Of a stretch of DNA of 64,000 nt, positions 58,786 to 64,000 are shown in pieces. Under the pieces are notes generated by a model that made no database searches, was not told the DNA's origin, and was given only the letters and a program-made list of their open reading frames with translations. How positions within the stretch are numbered: position 1 is the stretch's first letter; each line of letters begins with the position of its first letter. A program made the translations under genes and the position numbers. This DNA comes from the human T2T-CHM13v2.0 reference genome, Homo sapiens: the NCBI RefSeq assembly GCF_009914755.1, contig NC_060946.1, one strand, 5' to 3'.

Positions 58786-59239
58786 GCCCTCCAATATAAA
58801 CCCTCCCAGCCCTTGTCACAGCCTACAATTACAAATCATATTCTAACAAAGTCTGTGTGAGACAGACGTCTATTAACAGAAGTTTCCCAAGGAGCTTTTG
58901 AGCCATCCATGCCTCTGGATGCTCTAAATTCTAGCCCTGGATCTAGGGAGACCACAAAAACCTGTAAACTTGAACCAAATTACCTTGGACCTACACAGAA
59001 TTGTGGGTTATCATGGTGCCCTCGGGTTAGTTAATTTGCTCTTGATTAAAGATTGCTGTTAGCAAAAGCACACTGAAGTCTACTACAATCTTTGCTGTAC
59101 AATTGTATTGATACCATACATTTTGTCACCAGAACCCCCCTATTTAAATTCTCTCTTGAGAAATTTCTTTTAGAATTCAGCTACCCTTTCCCTGAGGAAT
59201 GCTAGGCTCCCATCTTTTGGATAATAACAATTGTGAAAA

Positions 59240-59516
59240 AAATAGTTAGAAAGAATGAATAAAATCAGTATAGTAGTTGATAGCACAACAGGGTGACTGT
59301 AGCCAATAATAATTTAATTGTACATTTAAAAATAACTAAAAAGAGTATAATTGGATTATTTGTCACACAAAGGATAAATACTTGAGGGGACAAGTACCCC
59401 ATTTAACCCGATGGTGATTATTACGCATTATATGCTTGTATCAAAATATCTCATATAATCTATAATTATATACAACTACTATGTATCCATAAAAATACAA
59501 AATTAAATTAAAAAAA
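59240..59516 (+). mobile_element. L1MA-type 3' end fragment
   Basis: agcacaacagggtgact, aagagtataattggatt and acaaaggataaat motifs with an A-rich tail. Confidence 0.75.
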
Positions 59517-59524
59517 GAATTATG

Positions 59525-59823
59525 GGCCAGGAGCGGTGGCTCACACCTGTAATCCCAACACTTTGGGAGGCCAAGGCGGGTGGATCACCTGAGGTCAGGA
59601 GTTCGAGACCAACCTGGCCAACATGGTGAAACCCCGTCTCTACTAAAAATACAAAAATCAGCTGGGCATGGTGGCATGCACCTGTAATCCCAGCTACTCA
59701 GGAGGCTGAGGTGGGAGAATCACTTGAACCCAGGAGGCGGAGGTTGCAGCAAGCCGAGATCACGCCACTGCACTCCAGCCTGGGTGACAGAGCAAGACTG
59801 CATCTCAAAAGAAAAAAAAAAAA
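59525..59823 (+). mobile_element. AluS, full length
   Basis: Canonical dimer with poly(A); flanking repeat aaaaagaattatg. Confidence 0.95.
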
Positions 59824-59834
59824 GAATTATGTAT

Positions 59835-60153
59835 ATAGTCAAGGACAGACACTCAGTCAATGACAGACTGTAGATACAACAGTGGTCCCATAAGATTATA
59901 ATACCATATTTTTAGCATACCTTCTCTATGTTTAGATACACAAATATTTATCATTGTGTTAAACATTTCAGTACAGTACCCTCCTATACAACTTTGTAGC
60001 CTAGGAGCAGTCAGCTATATACCACGTAGCCTAAGTGTGTAGTAGGCTATCCTATCCAGGTTTGTGTAAGTGCACTCTGATGTTCACGCAATGAAGAAAT
60101 TGCCGAATGATGCATCTCAGAATGTATCCCTATTGTTAAACGACACATGACTA
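59835..60153. mobile_element. Tigger3/MER7-like TcMar MITE
   Basis: Right end reverse-complements to tagtcatgtgtcgtttaacaatagggatacattctgag (Tigger3-type terminus), with TA flanks. Confidence 0.7.
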
Positions 60154-60867
60154 TATTTCTTTCTTTGCTTCAGCCACCAAGAAGCTCTGGCTTAAATATG
60201 AAACTCTACTATAACAACTATATTAGCCCTTATATGCTGCATGTTTGGGCTCTTTGATCTTGATTTTCTATTTCTATTATATCATCATTTGATATTAGAA
60301 GTTAAATAAATCCTTTATGGAATGAAACAAGTTATAAACAATCAAGCAATCAAAAAATTTTATATCTGTTGCATGCTCAGCTGACTTTGCCTTGGTAATT
60401 GGTGTGTCCCCTGAGCCTGCCATTTCTCAACTTTGCTGCCTAAGCTCTGCAATTTGTTTCATGGGTCTTATTCTACAAGATTTAATAATCCAGAATTGCC
60501 AGTTATGTGGCACAGTGCTTTATGGTTGAAAGGCACTGTGAGCAGAATCAGAAGATCCCTATTCCCGGCTCTACTACTTCATGTCATGTGCTCTTAAGAA
60601 AGTTACTATTAATACTTCTTCTGGCCTCAGGTTTTCATCTATCTCAGAAGGCTATTATGAAGATCAAATGAAACAGTTTCTAGGGTATTGGTATTATTCC
60701 AAACAGCTTCAATTACCATAGTCCTCAATATTACAAATAACAAAATAAAAAACTGCCACTCCCTCTAGCATTATTTAGCTAGAGTACAACTCACTGTCTT
60801 AGATGCCATCATATTTCCTAAGTAAGTATCAAAGGGAACTTGACACCAGATCATCTCACCTAAGGAC

Positions 60868-61153
60868 AGTGCAAAACTGTGGGCTCTGAGAATACTATAT
60901 CAAAGCTCTGCTTACGTGGGGATGGAACCCATTTCCTTAAGTACCAGAGTGTGTAGGTAGGGGAGGAAGTGCCCTTACAGGGCCTTTGCAAATGTGGTGG
61001 GGGCATTTTTGGTTGTCAAAATATCTGGGAGACCACACTGGCAAGTGTGGGTGGGGCCAGGGATACTAAACAACCTTCACCATGTGGGAAAATCCTACAC
61101 AATGAAAAGACATCACACCCAAAACGACAATAGCACCACATTGAGTAACACTG
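60868..61153. mobile_element. hAT-Charlie MITE (MER20/MER3-like)
   Basis: cagtg...cactg termini with internal gggcatttttggttgtca and ggccagggatactaaac. Confidence 0.55.
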
Positions 61154-63224
61154 GATGCTCTGAGGTAATTTTACACTCTGGCACTACTAATTAATAATCT
61201 GAAGAAACAACTTCATTTTTGTACTGTCATCCAGCTGAAGTTGTTAAAATAAATCATCAAAGCTAATTAATTGGGAAGTCTTTTGGCTGGTATCCAATAA
61301 TTTAAGCAAAAGACTGAGAAACTGAAAACCTTACTTTAAAAATCTCGTTTACTGACTGATCCTCCTCACCAATTTATCTGTAAAATGTAATGCATTAAGA
61401 AGACAGATTAAAAAACACCCAAGTATGGGCTTCCTCCTAATTTCACAATGATTATTAATAAGGGAGAGGGGAACCCTTCCTAATAATAAAAAACAGTAGT
61501 AGCAATAATAATAATAATGATAATGATAATATACAAAATTCTCTTTTGGTGATCTCATGACACGGCACAAAATACCAAGTATGTGACTCCTAAAATAGGC
61601 AATTCTAGCTCTGAGTTCTCTCCTAAGCCGTAGTCTCATAAATCTAACTGCTTTCTGAATATGTCTACCTGGATATACCTCAGATACCCTAAAATTCAAA
61701 AATGTTTGCTATATTGTTGAGCTTAATTAAATTTAACATTTTAGGGCTCTCATCTGCTTTCAACGCCCTGGGACCTTCATTATCTTATTTGAGTCTAGGG
61801 ACAAAGGCAGGGTGGCTGGGTCTGCTTTTGAAGACACTCACAGAGGCCATGTGGTCACTAAGATTCAGAGCTAGGACCTGAACTCACACCCACCACCTCC
61901 CAGCCCAGCACATTTTTTTCCCTGGGTTACTTTGCCTCTCTGAGAGTCTGAGACAGTAACTGCTACAGAATTCAACTGTGCAACCCAGGGTGAAGACAAA
62001 GCCCATCCTCCAGAGCAGCATCATGCCTTCAGCCCAGGGAGGATAAGAGGACAGCATGGTCTGCCCAGACAAATAGAAAGCCCTGAAAATGAACAGGAAA
62101 AGGGAGAAACAGCAGAAGAGCTGGTCAATAGAGCAGCCCTTTAAAATGATTTTACCTTGCAAATTCAATTGCAAAGACAGATGGATGTTTTAGCAAGGCT
62201 GGAGAGCAAATTATGAAATCTGTGTTCCCAAGGCAATCGGGTCTGAAAAGCTTCCTTTTAAAAATTCACACTGGATGGAAATTCAAACTCTATGATTGTG
62301 TGAAGTGTTCTAGCTAGATTAAGCATAATGCTATCAAAACAAGTGATTCACATATTCTGCTCATTTTTCTGTTAGTATATGGGCTTTTGGTTAGGGCAAT
62401 TTCAAAAACACTGAAAGGAGCAAAATGGGATTAAAATTGTGAATCCATTTACTGCTTTCAGTTTTTCTTCCGTTTCTGTTTAATTGAGAGGAACTTACAT
62501 AGGAAATTGGAGGCTCCTGAGGCTGGCTCACTTATGCACATCACAGAGATGCTATTTAAACATGTTTTCCTAGAAAGCTCTTGTAATCCACTTTAAATCT
62601 GAAACCCCATTTACCTCTTTATTTGAGCTGTAGACTCACAGGATTACAGAAACCTGTGAAAATCACTTGAACTTGGGCTTCCCAAGACATTTGTTGGTTC
62701 ACAGTGAACCTCAACCCTACTACATACATCAGGAAGGGTGGGTTCCTTTGCCTAACTATTCTGCCAGACCTTCTTGTCTACATGCTTATCTCCAGCCAAC
62801 CACTTCTTCCATGCATATGTAAATAAAGAAACCACCCAGTTTTTCTCCCTCTGATCACTTACAGCAACGAGTGAGGACACTAAGGCAGAATATCACTAGT
62901 CTCAAGACCTAGAGCAGACAACTTTACTGCTTCTGTGGCTTTCTTTTAGTTTTTGTTGTTGTTGTGCATGCTTTTGAATTATTGAGATTGTATAGCAAAT
63001 TCAAAATTGAACTAAAATTGAAATTTAAAAAATTTCTGTTATGAAAATACTAAATTAAAAAATGCTTGTGGCAGACAGCAAAGGCTGGTGCACCCAATAT
63101 TCATTTTCAGCTTCCTCCTCCTCTCCTGCCTGCCTCTGCCTATGGGGCTAGAAAGCCAAGTATTTACCTTCCCAGCCTTTCTTACAGCTAGGGTTAGTCA
63201 AGTGACACTACTGTGATCAATTAG

Positions 63225-63575
<351 letters not shown>

Positions 63576-64000
63576 TGCTTTTTTGATAAAGGGATACAGA
63601 AGCAGCTCCCTTTTACTTATTCGAATGAGTCATGAGGTTTGAAGCTTCAGCAGCAATGTTGTGACCATGAGGCTTAAGAGGCGAGAATATAAGAAAGGCC
63701 AAGAGGACTGCAGAGAAATTGGTTTTATTATCCTTAAACCTCTGAACCAATGTCAGGTGCCTCACAATTATTGTTTTGTGAGAAAAATAAGCCCTTATTT
63801 ATTTAAACCATTGTAAGCCAGATTTTCTGTTTCTTATAGTCAAAAGATTCAATGTAGAAAATATTTAAAAATACAGAAAAAATCCCTATGTATCTATCTT
63901 ACCTGATGACTGAAGATAATCATTGTTAACATTTTAGAGTAGTTCTGATAATCTTTATGGGTTTTGCTGTTGTTAGTGGTTTCATTTTGTTTTGATATGG

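Overview
Human/primate genomic DNA lying entirely inside the TTC28 gene (TPR-repeat protein), which runs on the minus strand. Six coding exons are visible with canonical GT-AG boundaries: 1342, 524, 110, 130, 219 and 166 nt. These match my recollection of TTC28 exons 7-12, but that numbering is from memory. The rest is repeat-rich intron. It holds a full-length, ORF-disrupted L1PA3/4-like element antisense to TTC28, several truncated L1s, about 18 Alu/FLAM pieces, a solo LTR18-like LTR, a tailless U2 snRNA retrocopy, L2/MIR/MLT1/DNA-transposon fossils and microsatellites. The most notable observations: (1) the full-length L1 keeps an intact ORF0 in the TTC28 sense orientation, and its second splice donor is in the same phase as the host intron, predicting an in-frame ORF0-TTC28 C-terminal fusion; (2) the same L1 insertion carries a short spacer and a second, older-looking L1 3' end inside a single TSD pair, suggesting serial 3' transduction; (3) one intron holds three separate local inverted duplications; (4) a truncated L1 has its ORF2 zinc knuckle triplicated; (5) several exon blocks could form stop-free circular TPR ORFs. 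No clearly novel system is proven; these are testable hypotheses.
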